A stretch of 64,000 nt of DNA from Dehalococcoidia bacterium (lineage in GTDB: Bacteria; Chloroflexota; Dehalococcoidia; Lucifugimonadales; UBA3495), in NCBI GenBank assembly GCA_963667675.1, contig OY763929.1:622358-686357 (forward strand), in the 5' to 3' direction. Below are positions 9,412-18,618 of this stretch, piece by piece. The notes beneath the pieces are model-generated. The model had not been told where the DNA came from, did not search any database, and was given only the letters and a program-made list of their open reading frames with translations. How positions within the stretch are numbered: position 1 is the first letter of the stretch; every line of letters begins with the position of its first letter. The position numbers and the translations under genes are program-made.

Positions 9412-10842
9412 ATGGCCACAAAGACATATTCGGTCTCAGGAAAAGACGCATCCATCGACCTCATCCGCCACGCTGGAAGCCTGTCTTATGAAGAACTGCC
9501 CGACGAACTGGTGAATCTGACCAAGCAGTGCATCCTGGACACTTTGGGCGTCACCACCGGCGCCAGCGGCCTCGCCCCCGAGGGACGCATGGCCTTCGAG
9601 TACGTGCGGGACATGGGAGGCGCTCCCGAAAGCACCATCCTCGGCTTTGGCGGAAAGGCGCCGGCGCAGTGGGCGGCTTTCGTCAACGGTTCATTGGGCC
9701 ACATGCTGGACTACGACGACGTGGAGCCCGGCGGCGGACACCACAGCATCGCCACCGTTCCCGTGGCCTTTGCGGCAGCCGAGAAGGAGGGCGCAATCGG
9801 CGGACGGGAGATGATTGCAGTCGTGGCCGCCGGTCAGGACCTCATGGCGCGCATCGCCCTCTCCATAACCATTCCCGAGTGGACCATGAACGAGGGCTGG
9901 TTCCCCACCAATCTCCTGGGCTATCTCGGCGGCGCTGTCGTAGCCGGACGCCTCTACGGGCTGAACGAGGGACAGTTGGAAAACGCTCTGGGCATTGCCT
10001 TCAACCAGCTCAGCGGCAGCCGCCAAATGGCCGTGGCCGAAGCCACCCACATGCGCAGCATGCAGGCGGGATTCACCGGCCAGGGCGCCGTCATGGCGGC
10101 AGACTTGGCCCGCAGGGGAGTCACCGGCCCCAAACAAATCCTCGAAGGCCGGTACGGCTTCTACAAGACCTACGTCCGCTGCGAGCCCGACTGGGGCCAG
10201 CTCACCGGCGGCCTGGGCGACTATTTCCCATTGCTCCAGTGCCACGCCTTCAAGGTCTGGCCGGCCTGCGCCGCAACTAGACCTAGCAATGCCGCCATCC
10301 TCAACCTGCGGCGTGAACATGACCTGAACCCTGGCGACATCGACGAGGTAGTCGTCCTCGGCGGCAACATGCACACCGAGTTGCTGTCCGAGCCCATCGA
10401 ACTGAAGCGCCGGCCCGAGACCAGCATCGACGCCAAGTACAGCATTCCCTTCACATCCGCTGTCGCCATGGCCAAGGGCAACGTGACCCTGAGCGCCTAC
10501 ACCGACCAGGGACTGCACGACCCCGAGGTCCTGGCGATGGCCGATAGAGTCCGCTATCAGCCCTTGCCGCCTGAAGAGAACCACTTCGTGCCCGGCATCG
10601 AGATTCACACCCGCGACGGCCGGCGGCTGTTCCAGCGCGTTGAGGCCCTTCCTGGAGCGCCGGGCAATCCCGCCAGCCAGGACCTGCTGGAATCGAAATT
10701 CCGCGACTGCGTCTCCTTCTCCGCTTCTCCCGTCGCACCGGCCAACGCCGACCGCGTCATAGAAATGGTCAACAACCTGGAGACGGTGAGCGACGTGGGC
10801 GAGATCGTGCGCTTGCTTGCGCCGGCATACGGAACCCCATGA
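9412..10842 (+). CDS. MmgE/PrpD-family protein (2-methylcitrate dehydratase-like)
   Basis: The 476-aa ORF has family-typical length and layout, including an N-terminal ..CILDTLGV.. segment. Confidence 0.85.
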   Translation: MATKTYSVSGKDASIDLIRHAGSLSYEELPDELVNLTKQCILDTLGVTTGASGLAPEGRMAFEYVRDMGGAPESTILGFGGKAPAQWAAFVNGSLGHMLDYDDVEPGGGHHSIATVPVAFAAAEKEGAIGGREMIAVVAAGQDLMARIALSITIPEWTMNEGWFPTNLLGYLGGAVVAGRLYGLNEGQLENALGIAFNQLSGSRQMAVAEATHMRSMQAGFTGQGAVMAADLARRGVTGPKQILEGRYGFYKTYVRCEPDWGQLTGGLGDYFPLLQCHAFKVWPACAATRPSNAAILNLRREHDLNPGDIDEVVVLGGNMHTELLSEPIELKRRPETSIDAKYSIPFTSAVAMAKGNVTLSAYTDQGLHDPEVLAMADRVRYQPLPPEENHFVPGIEIHTRDGRRLFQRVEALPGAPGNPASQDLLESKFRDCVSFSASPVAPANADRVIEMVNNLETVSDVGEIVRLLAPAYGTP

Positions 10843-10920
10843 CAGAAGGGGCTTTATTGTCATAACCCTCGCTGGTATGGTAGTCGTGCTTGCAAAGATG
10901 GTTGAAAGGGGAGTGAAGCG

Positions 10921-11799
10921 ATGGTGGAAGTAGCGCCTCAGGCCAATTCGACGGGAACAGGCCGTAGAATTGCTGTTCACCGAAGGGGTGGTCGAGACCG
11001 AAAGATTGCCTTCGGGTGGTACGGGGGCAAATTCAGCCACCTTGATTTCATTCTACCCAACATCCCGTCGGACGGACGGCACTTTTGCGACGTCTTTGGC
11101 GGCTCCGCTGCGGTACTCATCAATCGCGAACCTGCCCCTGTTGAGACGTACAACGACATAGACTCGGAGCTCGTCAATTTCTTTGAAGTGCTTAGAGATG
11201 ATGGAGATGAACTTGTACGTGCAATCAGTCTGACTCCGTTTTCTAGGCAAGAACTTGCGCGAGCGTGTGTGTTTGAGACTGGACTGTCGAAACGGGAGCG
11301 AGCCAGGCGCTTCTTCGTGAGAGCGCGCCAGACTAGGACTGGACTAGCCCAACGGAGCAGCCAGGGCCGATGGGCGCACTGCGTTCTAACGTCACGCTCT
11401 GGCATGGCTGGTGCAGTGTCCCGCTGGCTCGGTTCGGTCGATGGACTTGCAGAGATTACACTTCGGCTGCAAAGGGTACAAATCGAGAATGCACCCGCTC
11501 TAGATGTCATAAGGCGCTATGACACCCCAGAAACGATTTTCTATCTGGACCCACCCTACGTTCACTCGTCTAGAGGCGATACCGCAGCGTACGAAAACGA
11601 AATGACTGACGATGAACACGCTGAACTGGCTGATGCGCTTTCGTTGATTCGTGGGCGCGCCGTTCTGTCTGGATATAGGACTCCCCTGTATGACCAGTTA
11701 TTCCGAGATTGGAGGCGGATAGACGCTCCCGTGCGAACTGCCAACTCCGTCCGTCAACCCCGTCAAGAGTCCCTCTGGCTCAATTTCGACCATGACTGA
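10921..11799 (+). CDS. D12-class (Dam-like) N6-adenine DNA methyltransferase
   Basis: It contains WYGGK, FCDVFGGSAAV (the FxGxG SAM motif), ETYNDID and the catalytic motif YLDPPY. Confidence 0.85.
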   Translation: MVEVAPQANSTGTGRRIAVHRRGGRDRKIAFGWYGGKFSHLDFILPNIPSDGRHFCDVFGGSAAVLINREPAPVETYNDIDSELVNFFEVLRDDGDELVRAISLTPFSRQELARACVFETGLSKRERARRFFVRARQTRTGLAQRSSQGRWAHCVLTSRSGMAGAVSRWLGSVDGLAEITLRLQRVQIENAPALDVIRRYDTPETIFYLDPPYVHSSRGDTAAYENEMTDDEHAELADALSLIRGRAVLSGYRTPLYDQLFRDWRRIDAPVRTANSVRQPRQESLWLNFDHD

Positions 11800-11959
11800 A
11801 GAAGAATTAACATCGATTACCTCCCTCGCCAGAAGTTCGTTTATGCTGCTCGGCGAAGAATGGCGAGTTGAGTTCCTCCAGGCGATTGGCGCCGAATTGG
11901 ATGCCCGTACTTCTCAACCCTCGGACCGCACTGCATTCGCCGCTTTGTTGACTGGATAG
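11792..11959 (+). CDS. Small acidic ORF (55 aa) inside the methyltransferase operon
   Basis: This ORF was found manually because it is below the track cutoff. Its ATG overlaps the stop of the upstream methyltransferase (ccATGActga). It translates to MTEEELTSITSLARSSFMLLGEEWRVEFLQAIGAELDARTSQPSDRTAFAALLTG. No family was recognised. Confidence 0.25.
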   Translation: MTEEELTSITSLARSSFMLLGEEWRVEFLQAIGAELDARTSQPSDRTAFAALLTG

Positions 11960-11967
11960 CCCTGGCC

Positions 11968-12852
11968 GTGAGTTATGCCCGTGGCAGCCAAGACATCCTC
12001 TGGGGTATGAATTTGCCTGAACCGGATTCTGTGATATTGGCCTGTGAAGACAACCTCGCCTTCATGGCAAGGATGCCCGACGAAACAATAAAGCTTATAG
12101 TCACGTCGCCACCCTACAACCTTGGTAAAGACTACGAGGCCAAGACTTCACTTGACGACTACCTCAAGGCCCAGAGGCGTGTAATCAGCGAATGCGTCCG
12201 GGTTCTCCATCCCCGGGGATCTATCTGCTGGCAGGTCGGGAACTACGTCAATAACGGAGAAATCGTTCCTTTGGACGCGGTGCTTTACCCGCTGTTCCGG
12301 GATCAGGGACTCAAGCTCCGCAACCGGATAGTCTGGCACTTCGGTCACGGCTTGCATTCGTCGAGGAGACTTTCCGGGCGGTACGAGACCATCAACTGGT
12401 GGACGAAGACCGACGACTACACCTGGAACCTGGACCCCATCAGGGTCCCGTCCAAGTATCCGGGCAAGCGCCACTTCAAGGGACCCAACATCGGCAAGTT
12501 GTCGGGTAATCCCAAGGGCAAGAACCCCAGCGACGTATGGGAATTCCCCAATGTCAAAAGCAACCACCCGGAGAAGACAATCCATCCTTGCCAATTTCCC
12601 GTTGAACTGGTGGAACGCCTAGTTCTCTCTATGACCAATGAAGGCGACGTGGTATTTGACCCCTATATGGGAGTTGGATCAGCCGTTGTCGCCGCTCTCA
12701 TGCACGACCGCGTCGCCTACGGGTGTGACATAGTGCAGGACTATGTGGATGTTGCCAGGGGGCGAGTGCACGGGTATTACGCCGGACAACTCCGTACACG
12801 CCCCATGGGAAAGCCCATATACGATCCGTCCAAGCCCAATGGAACCTCATGA
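11968..12852 (+). CDS. Beta-class DNA methyltransferase (N4-cytosine/N6-adenine; SPPY motif)
   Basis: Catalytic motif IV, TSPPYNLGKDY, is N-terminal. The SAM motif FDPYMGVGSAVVAA is C-terminal, which is the beta permutation. Confidence 0.85.
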   Translation: MSYARGSQDILWGMNLPEPDSVILACEDNLAFMARMPDETIKLIVTSPPYNLGKDYEAKTSLDDYLKAQRRVISECVRVLHPRGSICWQVGNYVNNGEIVPLDAVLYPLFRDQGLKLRNRIVWHFGHGLHSSRRLSGRYETINWWTKTDDYTWNLDPIRVPSKYPGKRHFKGPNIGKLSGNPKGKNPSDVWEFPNVKSNHPEKTIHPCQFPVELVERLVLSMTNEGDVVFDPYMGVGSAVVAALMHDRVAYGCDIVQDYVDVARGRVHGYYAGQLRTRPMGKPIYDPSKPNGTS

Positions 12853-14096
12853 TCGCTCCCAACTTCGCAGACAAGACTATCTGGACCGGCGACAACCTGG
12901 ATATCCTCCGGGGTATGAACTCGGAGTGCGTGGATCTGATTTATTTGGACCCGCCATTCAACTCCAACCGCGACTATGCTGCCCCGGTGGGCAGCAAGGC
13001 CGCCGGGGCAGCTTTCAAGGACACGTGGACTCTATCGGATCTGGACGTGGCTTGGATGGGGTTGATTGCCGACGAACAGCCAGGCGTCTATTCGGTGCTT
13101 CAAGCAGCTGGACGGACACATGGCAAGGGGATGCAGTCTTACCTCTGCATGATGGCGGTGAGGCTCATGGAGATGCGACGAGTGTTGAAAAACACTGGAA
13201 GCATCTACCTCCACTGCGACCCGACGGCCGGCCATTACCTGAAGCTGCTGATGGACGCTATCTTCGGAGACCAGAATTTTTGCAACGAGATAATTTGGCA
13301 TTACCGAAAATGGCCAACTGGTAAATTCACGTTTCAAAGGAATCATGACATCATCCTGTTCTATTCCCGCTCGCAAACGCGGGATAGAGTGTTCAACCAA
13401 CTTTATATGGACCGGGCCCCATCCACCATTAAGAGATTCGGCATGGCCCAAATTGTCTCTGGACACGATGAATCTGGACAACGGATCCCCTCACAAGTTG
13501 AATCCAATGAATCTAGAGGGGTCCGGCAAGATGATGTTTGGGAAATCGGCAGGGTTGCTCCCATCAAGCAACTGTTCCCCACTCAAAAACCCTTAGCCCT
13601 TGTAGAGCGCATCATCAAGGCCAGCAGCAACCCTAGAGATGTAGTTTTGGACCCGTTCTGCGGTTGTGCCACAGCGTGTGTGGCTGCGGAAGTTCTGGGC
13701 AGGCAGTGGGTAGGGATAGACCTTTCTCCAATGGCCTATACGTTGGTTAGGCAAAGACTATTCAAAGAGGTCGCAGTAGGGGCGGAAGAACAAGTTCACT
13801 TCATGGGGCGGCAGGTAACCCATCGTACCGACATACCTAAGCGGACGGATATTGAGGCCCCCATCCCTTATCGACAGAACAAGCACATCCTCTTTGGTCA
13901 ACAAGAAGGCCTGTGCAACGGCTGCAAGGGGGACTTTCCGTTCAAGTTATTTGAAGTTGATCACATTGTCCCACAGAAGCGGGGCGGCACCGACCACCTT
14001 GAGAACTTGCAGTTGCTTTGCACCAACTGCAACCGCGTTAAGGGCGACCGTCCCCAAGAGTACCTCATGGCCCGTTTGAAAGAGATGGAGGGATAA
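12849..14096 (+). CDS. Beta-class DNA methyltransferase (DPPF motif) fused to a C-terminal HNH nuclease domain
   Basis: It contains LDPPFNSNRDY and later LDPFCGCATACVAA. The C-terminus is CNGC…VDHIVPQKRGGTDHLENLQLLCTNCNRVKGD, which is an HNH domain with two CxxC pairs. The start overlaps the upstream stop (ATGA). Confidence 0.85.
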   Translation: MIAPNFADKTIWTGDNLDILRGMNSECVDLIYLDPPFNSNRDYAAPVGSKAAGAAFKDTWTLSDLDVAWMGLIADEQPGVYSVLQAAGRTHGKGMQSYLCMMAVRLMEMRRVLKNTGSIYLHCDPTAGHYLKLLMDAIFGDQNFCNEIIWHYRKWPTGKFTFQRNHDIILFYSRSQTRDRVFNQLYMDRAPSTIKRFGMAQIVSGHDESGQRIPSQVESNESRGVRQDDVWEIGRVAPIKQLFPTQKPLALVERIIKASSNPRDVVLDPFCGCATACVAAEVLGRQWVGIDLSPMAYTLVRQRLFKEVAVGAEEQVHFMGRQVTHRTDIPKRTDIEAPIPYRQNKHILFGQQEGLCNGCKGDFPFKLFEVDHIVPQKRGGTDHLENLQLLCTNCNRVKGDRPQEYLMARLKEMEG

Positions 14097-14108
14097 AGGA
14101 GTCTTGGT

Positions 14109-14411
14109 ATGCTGATGGACGATGCCACTTTGGGCAGAAAGATGAGGTCCCGAAGTGAAACTGCTAAGCAGATTGAAGCCTTGGAGAGCCGCATTAAGAC
14201 CAAAGTGGCCTCCTTCTTCAACCTAATTACGGGTCTGCAAAAAGATCCTGCCTCGATTCATATCTTGGAAGACGGAGGACTGATTGCTGAGCGGGGTAAA
14301 CCAGTCTCTCCAGATACTATACGAGCACTGGCTAGTGAATTATCGGAACTCAAAAAGCTACGTACTAAACTTGATTCGTTGACTCAACAATTGGCCCATG
14401 AGGGTTTCTAA
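14109..14411 (+). CDS. Hypothetical coiled-coil protein (100 aa)
   Basis: AAGGAG lies 7 nt upstream of the ATG. The ORF is tightly packed in the operon and looks helical/coiled-coil. No family was recognised. Confidence 0.5.
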   Translation: MLMDDATLGRKMRSRSETAKQIEALESRIKTKVASFFNLITGLQKDPASIHILEDGGLIAERGKPVSPDTIRALASELSELKKLRTKLDSLTQQLAHEGF

Positions 14412-15492
14412 CCCTATGGCTGCTTATTCCGTTTCCGAGTACAACAGAAGAATCCATGAATTACTAAACCTCGCCAGAAAAGGAGAACACCGCAATTGCC
14501 TATTTACCAATCAATGCACCGAGAAAGTGATTGATGCTCACTCAGTTCCGCGAGCGGTCCTTCGTACGATTCAAGACGACGGACACGTCATACAACCAGA
14601 GGTGAAAGACGATAAGGATGCGGAAGGGCGCTCTCGACCGGCTATTACGTTCAACTTGGAGGGGATAGGGGTAGCCTCAACAGGCACCTTCGCTTGCCAG
14701 AGACATGACAACGTCTTTAAGGAGATAGACACCGTTTTCATGGATCTGGAGGACCCAAATATTCGCAACCTGCTCCTATATCGAGCAGTCATACGGGAGA
14801 TATGGCGGTTGTTCGCACTACGGCCTAGCACGAAATCTACAGACCAAGCATTACCAAGTTTACACCGCTCATCTATACATCCAGAAACTCGACTAAAGAC
14901 TTTATTTTATCTGCGAGACGCTGTGATGCGTTCATTGGCTAATCGGGGTTGCACCGAGGATATGCCCCGAGTGGTGCACATGGTCCGACGAGTGAGAAGC
15001 CCTTATCCAATACTTGCGGCGTCCTGTGCATCAGGCGGCTCAATGCTACTTCAGGATGCCCAGACTGGGGAATTGCTCCCTGATAGCTATGCACGCTCAC
15101 ACCTGAGTATGGAGCCATACACATGCTGGGGACTAACAATAATTCCTCAGGAGGATGCACACATGGCTTTGTTCTCTTGGCTAGAAGGAAGCGCCGCCGA
15201 GACGTATTTTACGCATGTCAACGAGGTGCAAGGCTCGGAGTTGGAAGCTGCTATATCAGCAGAGCTAATTCTATTCTGCGAGAATTGGTTCCTGAGGCCC
15301 AAGGTTTGGGAGGGTTATGGCGCAACAAAGCGGGACGCTATTTGGGAAGCTTACAACAACGTAAATGAAATGCTGTCAGGTCAGTATATGCGGTGGGATA
15401 GAAACCCGAAGAAACCGTGGTACGAATATCTGAAGCTCGGTAATAGACACCAAATAAACTTATTTCGTTACGATCAGTCCGTCCTTGGATAG
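14398..15492 (+). CDS. Uncharacterised Cys/His-motif protein (364 aa)
   Basis: This is the last ORF of the methyltransferase operon and overlaps the previous ORF. Its motifs CLFTNQCTEKVIDAHSVPRAVL and FACQRHDNVF suggest a metal-binding or nuclease-like core, but I cannot name a family. An alternative start is ATG 14416. Confidence 0.6.
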   Translation: MRVSNPMAAYSVSEYNRRIHELLNLARKGEHRNCLFTNQCTEKVIDAHSVPRAVLRTIQDDGHVIQPEVKDDKDAEGRSRPAITFNLEGIGVASTGTFACQRHDNVFKEIDTVFMDLEDPNIRNLLLYRAVIREIWRLFALRPSTKSTDQALPSLHRSSIHPETRLKTLFYLRDAVMRSLANRGCTEDMPRVVHMVRRVRSPYPILAASCASGGSMLLQDAQTGELLPDSYARSHLSMEPYTCWGLTIIPQEDAHMALFSWLEGSAAETYFTHVNEVQGSELEAAISAELILFCENWFLRPKVWEGYGATKRDAIWEAYNNVNEMLSGQYMRWDRNPKKPWYEYLKLGNRHQINLFRYDQSVLG

Positions 15493-15623
15493 CAGCGCAC
15501 TAAACGACAGCGCGAATCTGAGGCGGCACGGTGACTGCCATACTCCCTAGTCTGGCAATCCTGGCGCACTGGGCGAAGCTTTGAGGGACTCGTGGAAGTT
15601 GTACAGCAAGTGCGGGCAGGTAA

Positions 15624-15700
15624 TGGAGGCGACGGGCGGATTCGAACCGCCGAATAGAGGTTTTGCAGACCTCCGCCTTAGTCCACTTGGCTACGTCGCC
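15624..15700 (-). tRNA. tRNA-Cys (anticodon GCA)
   Basis: The reverse complement reads GGCGACG…CUGCAAA anticodon loop…GGTTCGAATCC…CGTCGCC-U-CCA and folds as a 77-nt cloverleaf. Confidence 0.9.
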
Positions 15701-15712
15701 CCTGGTTAGGCC

Positions 15713-15799
15713 TGGTGCCGAGGGCGGGATTTGAACCCACACAGGCGCACGCCCACGGCCCCCTCAAGACCGCGTGTCTACCAATTCCACCACCTCGGC
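15713..15799 (-). tRNA. tRNA-Leu (anticodon GAG)
   Basis: The reverse complement reads GCCGAGG…anticodon stem CGGTC/GGCCG with loop UUGAGGG…long variable arm…GGTTCAAATCC…CCTCGGC-A-CCA. Confidence 0.9.
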
Positions 15800-15958
15800 C
15801 CGCCGAAGAGGCGCCTATTATATCACGTACCCCGCCCGGAAACAGCCGCGATCCAGCCTCCACGCGCCCCCACGGCGTTGTAGTTATGGCGTAGAATAAC
15901 GGTTGTAAATTCTTAGCCAATAGGCCCTGACTTAAGGAAGCGCCCGCGCAGTCATCTG

Positions 15959-16321
15959 ATGCCCTTCTCACGACGCAATCGAGAAAAGCAAGTCCGCCTG
16001 ACCGTATTCGACAACGAGCCAATCGCCAGGCTGGCCGAGCAGAGGCTCCGACAAGCGGGCATACCCTGCTTCATCCGCTCCCTGCGCGGCGGCCCCGGCC
16101 TGTGGGGATCGGCCTACAACCTGCCCCACGACCTCTACGTCTATGCCTCCGACGAGGCCCCGGCCCGACAGCTTCTGGAGTTGACCCCCAGCGGGACGGA
16201 AGACGAGCGCGTAGAGCGACAGGCGGGGATGGACCAGAGAATATGGCCTGTAATAGGCGGGGCGCTGCTGGCAATCCTGGCCTTGGTCCTAGTCGTCTCG
16301 CTGTTCAGCCCCGGCGGCTGA
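15959..16321 (+). CDS. Hypothetical protein, DUF2007-like N-terminus with a C-terminal TM helix
   Basis: The 120-aa ORF starts like the small 'putative signal transducing' fold proteins (VFDNEPIARLAEQRLRQAGIPCFIRS). The assignment is weak. Confidence 0.5.
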   Translation: MPFSRRNREKQVRLTVFDNEPIARLAEQRLRQAGIPCFIRSLRGGPGLWGSAYNLPHDLYVYASDEAPARQLLELTPSGTEDERVERQAGMDQRIWPVIGGALLAILALVLVVSLFSPGG

Positions 16322-16401
16322 GGCGGCCTTTACAGAGGAACTGCTGGTCTCCAAGTTAGCAGACCGTACCAACGTGGTCTCACAGATAGTGAACGCGTCG
16401 G

Positions 16402-17283
16402 CTAACGTTGTCCGAGGGCTTCCTGTACCGTTGAACCTATGTCAGCGGGTGTGGGAATTATCCTCGCGCCCGCATCCTGCAATGCCTGCACCTTGGTATC
16501 CGCCTGGCCTGCTTCTCCGGTGATGATGGCTCCGGCATGCCCCATGCGCTTGCCTGGGGGCGCCGCCTTCCCCACCACCAAGGCGCAAATAGGCTTGCTG
16601 AATTCCTCTTTGATGTAGGCCGCCGCCTCCTGCTCCTTGGTGCCGCCGATCTCGCCGATGAGCACCACCAATTCAGTCTCCGGGTCCTTGTCGAAAAGTC
16701 GCAGGACGTCCACGAAGTTCGTCCCCCCTATGGGGTCGCCGCCGATACCCACGCAACTGGACTGGCCTATGCCCGCCGCGGTCAACTGGCCCACCGCTTC
16801 GTAGGTCAACGTGCCGCTGCGTGACACCACGCCCACTTTCCCGGGCAGATGGATGGCTCCCGGCATGATTCCCACTTTGCAGCGGGCGCCGGGGCTGATC
16901 AGGCCGGGACAGTTCGGGCCCAGCAACCGCACCGGCTTGGTCTCCAAATAGCGCCCGACCCGCACCATGTCCAACACCGGCACACCCTCGGTGATGCACA
17001 CAATCAGCGGAACGCCGGCGTCCGCCGCCTCCACGATGGCGTCGGGAGCGAACGGAGGGGGCACAAAGATTAGCGATAGGTTGGCCCCCGTCTGGCCCAC
17101 CGCTTCTTCCATGGAGTCGAAGACCGGCACCGCATCGTCGAATATCTGGCCGCCCTTTCCTGGCGTAACGCCCGCTACCACGTTGGTGCCGTAGGCTATG
17201 CAGGCCCTGGCATGGAAGCTTCCCTCGCGGCCGGTGATCCCCTGGACCACTACCCGCGTGTTCTCATCTACCAGAACTGACAT
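16402..17283 (-). CDS. sucD: Succinate--CoA ligase subunit alpha
   Basis: The match runs the full length, with [14 protein letters not shown], the catalytic-His region MGHAGAII and SRSGTLTYE. Confidence 0.95.
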   Translation of the reverse strand: MSVLVDENTRVVVQGITGREGSFHARACIAYGTNVVAGVTPGKGGQIFDDAVPVFDSMEEAVGQTGANLSLIFVPPPFAPDAIVEAADAGVPLIVCITEGVPVLDMVRVGRYLETKPVRLLGPNCPGLISPGARCKVGIMPGAIHLPGKVGVVSRSGTLTYEAVGQLTAAGIGQSSCVGIGGDPIGGTNFVDVLRLFDKDPETELVVLIGEIGGTKEQEAAAYIKEEFSKPICALVVGKAAPPGKRMGHAGAIITGEAGQADTKVQALQDAGARIIPTPADIGSTVQEALGQR

Positions 17284-17352
17284 ACTGCGGCTACTCTACT
17301 ACGGATCCATCATACGAAATCAAGAGGAGGAAATACGGCGCCGTCGGCCCAA

Positions 17353-18507
17353 TCACTTGTAGCTAATGGCCTGGGCTGCCTCTGCCAAGGTGTCGGCAAA
17401 AGTGACGGGCAGGCCGGAATCACTCAGAATCGATTTGCCTTCGTCGACGTTGGTGCCCAGCATGCGCACCACCAGGGGCAGATTGCTGCCCTTGTTCCGG
17501 TAAGCCTGCACAATCCCCTCGGCGGCTATGTCGCAGCGGAGAATCCCGCCGAACACGTTGACCAGTACCCTGTTGACCTTGGCGTCGGACAGGATGATTT
17601 CCACTGCGCTGGCCACCTTCTCAACGCTGGCTCCTCCGCCGACGTCCAGGAAGTTAGCCGGGGAAGCCCCGGCGTTAGTGGCAGCGTCCAGGGTAGCCAT
17701 GGCCAGCCCGGCCCCGTTGACCAGGCAGCCCACGTCCCCTTCCAGGTTGACGTAAGAAATGCCGAGATCCACCGCCCGGGCCTCCAATGCGTTCTCTTGG
17801 GACCGGTCCCTGAGTTCCGCCAGTTCGGGTTGCCGGAACAACGAATCGTCTTCCAGGTCGATTTTGGCGTCCAGAGCGATCAGTTTACCGTCGGTCGACG
17901 TCACCAGAGGGTTGATTTCCACCAGCGTGCAATCGTTGTCCTGAAATATGCGGTAGAGAGCATCGATGGTCTGCGACAATTCCCGGGCCTGCTTGGCGTC
18001 CAGCCCCAGCCGGGCTGCCAGCCGCTTGGACTGAAACGGCATGAACCCCAACACCGGGTCTATCGGTTCGGTGTGTATCTCCTCCGGGCTCGACGCCGCC
18101 ACCTGCTCTATGTCCATGCCCCCTTTGCCGCTCACCAGCGCCACCGGGCACCGCTGCACCGAGTCCACGGTGATGGCCAGGTAGAGCTCCCGGCCTATTT
18201 CATCCAGCAGTTCCTCCACCAGCAACTGGTTCACCGGGGAGCCCTCAGCGCCCGTCTGGGCCGTCACCAGCGGCGTTCCCAGCATCGCGCGGGCCGTTTC
18301 CTCCGCCGCGTCAGGAGATCGGACCACCTTGACCCCGCCGGCTAGGCCTCGCCCGCCCGCGTGCACCTGCGCCTTCAGCACCGCCTGTCCTCCCAGGTCA
18401 TGAGTTGCCGCACGCGCTCCCTCTGGCGAACTCACGACCACGGAATTGGGCGTCTTCACCCCATAGCGGGCAAAAATCTCTTTGGCTTGGTACTCGTGAA
18501 TCCTCAT
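17353..18507 (-). CDS. sucC: Succinate--CoA ligase subunit beta
   Basis: The ORF begins MRIHEYQAKEIFARYGV and has an ATP-grasp layout. It lies directly upstream of sucD. Confidence 0.95.
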   Translation of the reverse strand: MRIHEYQAKEIFARYGVKTPNSVVVSSPEGARAATHDLGGQAVLKAQVHAGGRGLAGGVKVVRSPDAAEETARAMLGTPLVTAQTGAEGSPVNQLLVEELLDEIGRELYLAITVDSVQRCPVALVSGKGGMDIEQVAASSPEEIHTEPIDPVLGFMPFQSKRLAARLGLDAKQARELSQTIDALYRIFQDNDCTLVEINPLVTSTDGKLIALDAKIDLEDDSLFRQPELAELRDRSQENALEARAVDLGISYVNLEGDVGCLVNGAGLAMATLDAATNAGASPANFLDVGGGASVEKVASAVEIILSDAKVNRVLVNVFGGILRCDIAAEGIVQAYRNKGSNLPLVVRMLGTNVDEGKSILSDSGLPVTFADTLAEAAQAISYK

Positions 18508-18618
18508 CGCTGCGTCAAGACGCTACCTGCCGGGCCAGCATCGCCCTGATGCCCGGCAGAAAGCATGCGGCATAGTCAAAGAGCAATATGGGACTGGGGC
18601 CGGCCGTTACCTCTCGGG

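Noticed and set aside
9691-11040. A 449-aa minus-strand ORF, and similar long shadow ORFs elsewhere. Examples are 4866-5975, 6012-6986, 23719-24687, 24684-25514, 27187-27948, 30354-31106, 34561-35451, 35025-36152, 51945-52733, 55296-56261, 58145-58834, 60482-61966 and 62773-63366.
   Set aside because: Each lies antisense to, or out of frame within, a gene with clear family motifs. Their products are Arg/Gly/Pro/Ala-rich low-complexity sequences typical of open shadow frames in high-GC DNA.
10843-15623. I looked for signs that the methyltransferase island is a tRNA-targeting integrative element. The signs would be a direct repeat of the tRNA-Cys 3' end at the far border, or an integrase or excisionase gene.
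   Set aside because: I could not find a copy of the tRNA 3' segment near 10843-10920, and no recombinase-like ORF is present. The island is therefore not called a mobile element. It is only compositionally atypical.
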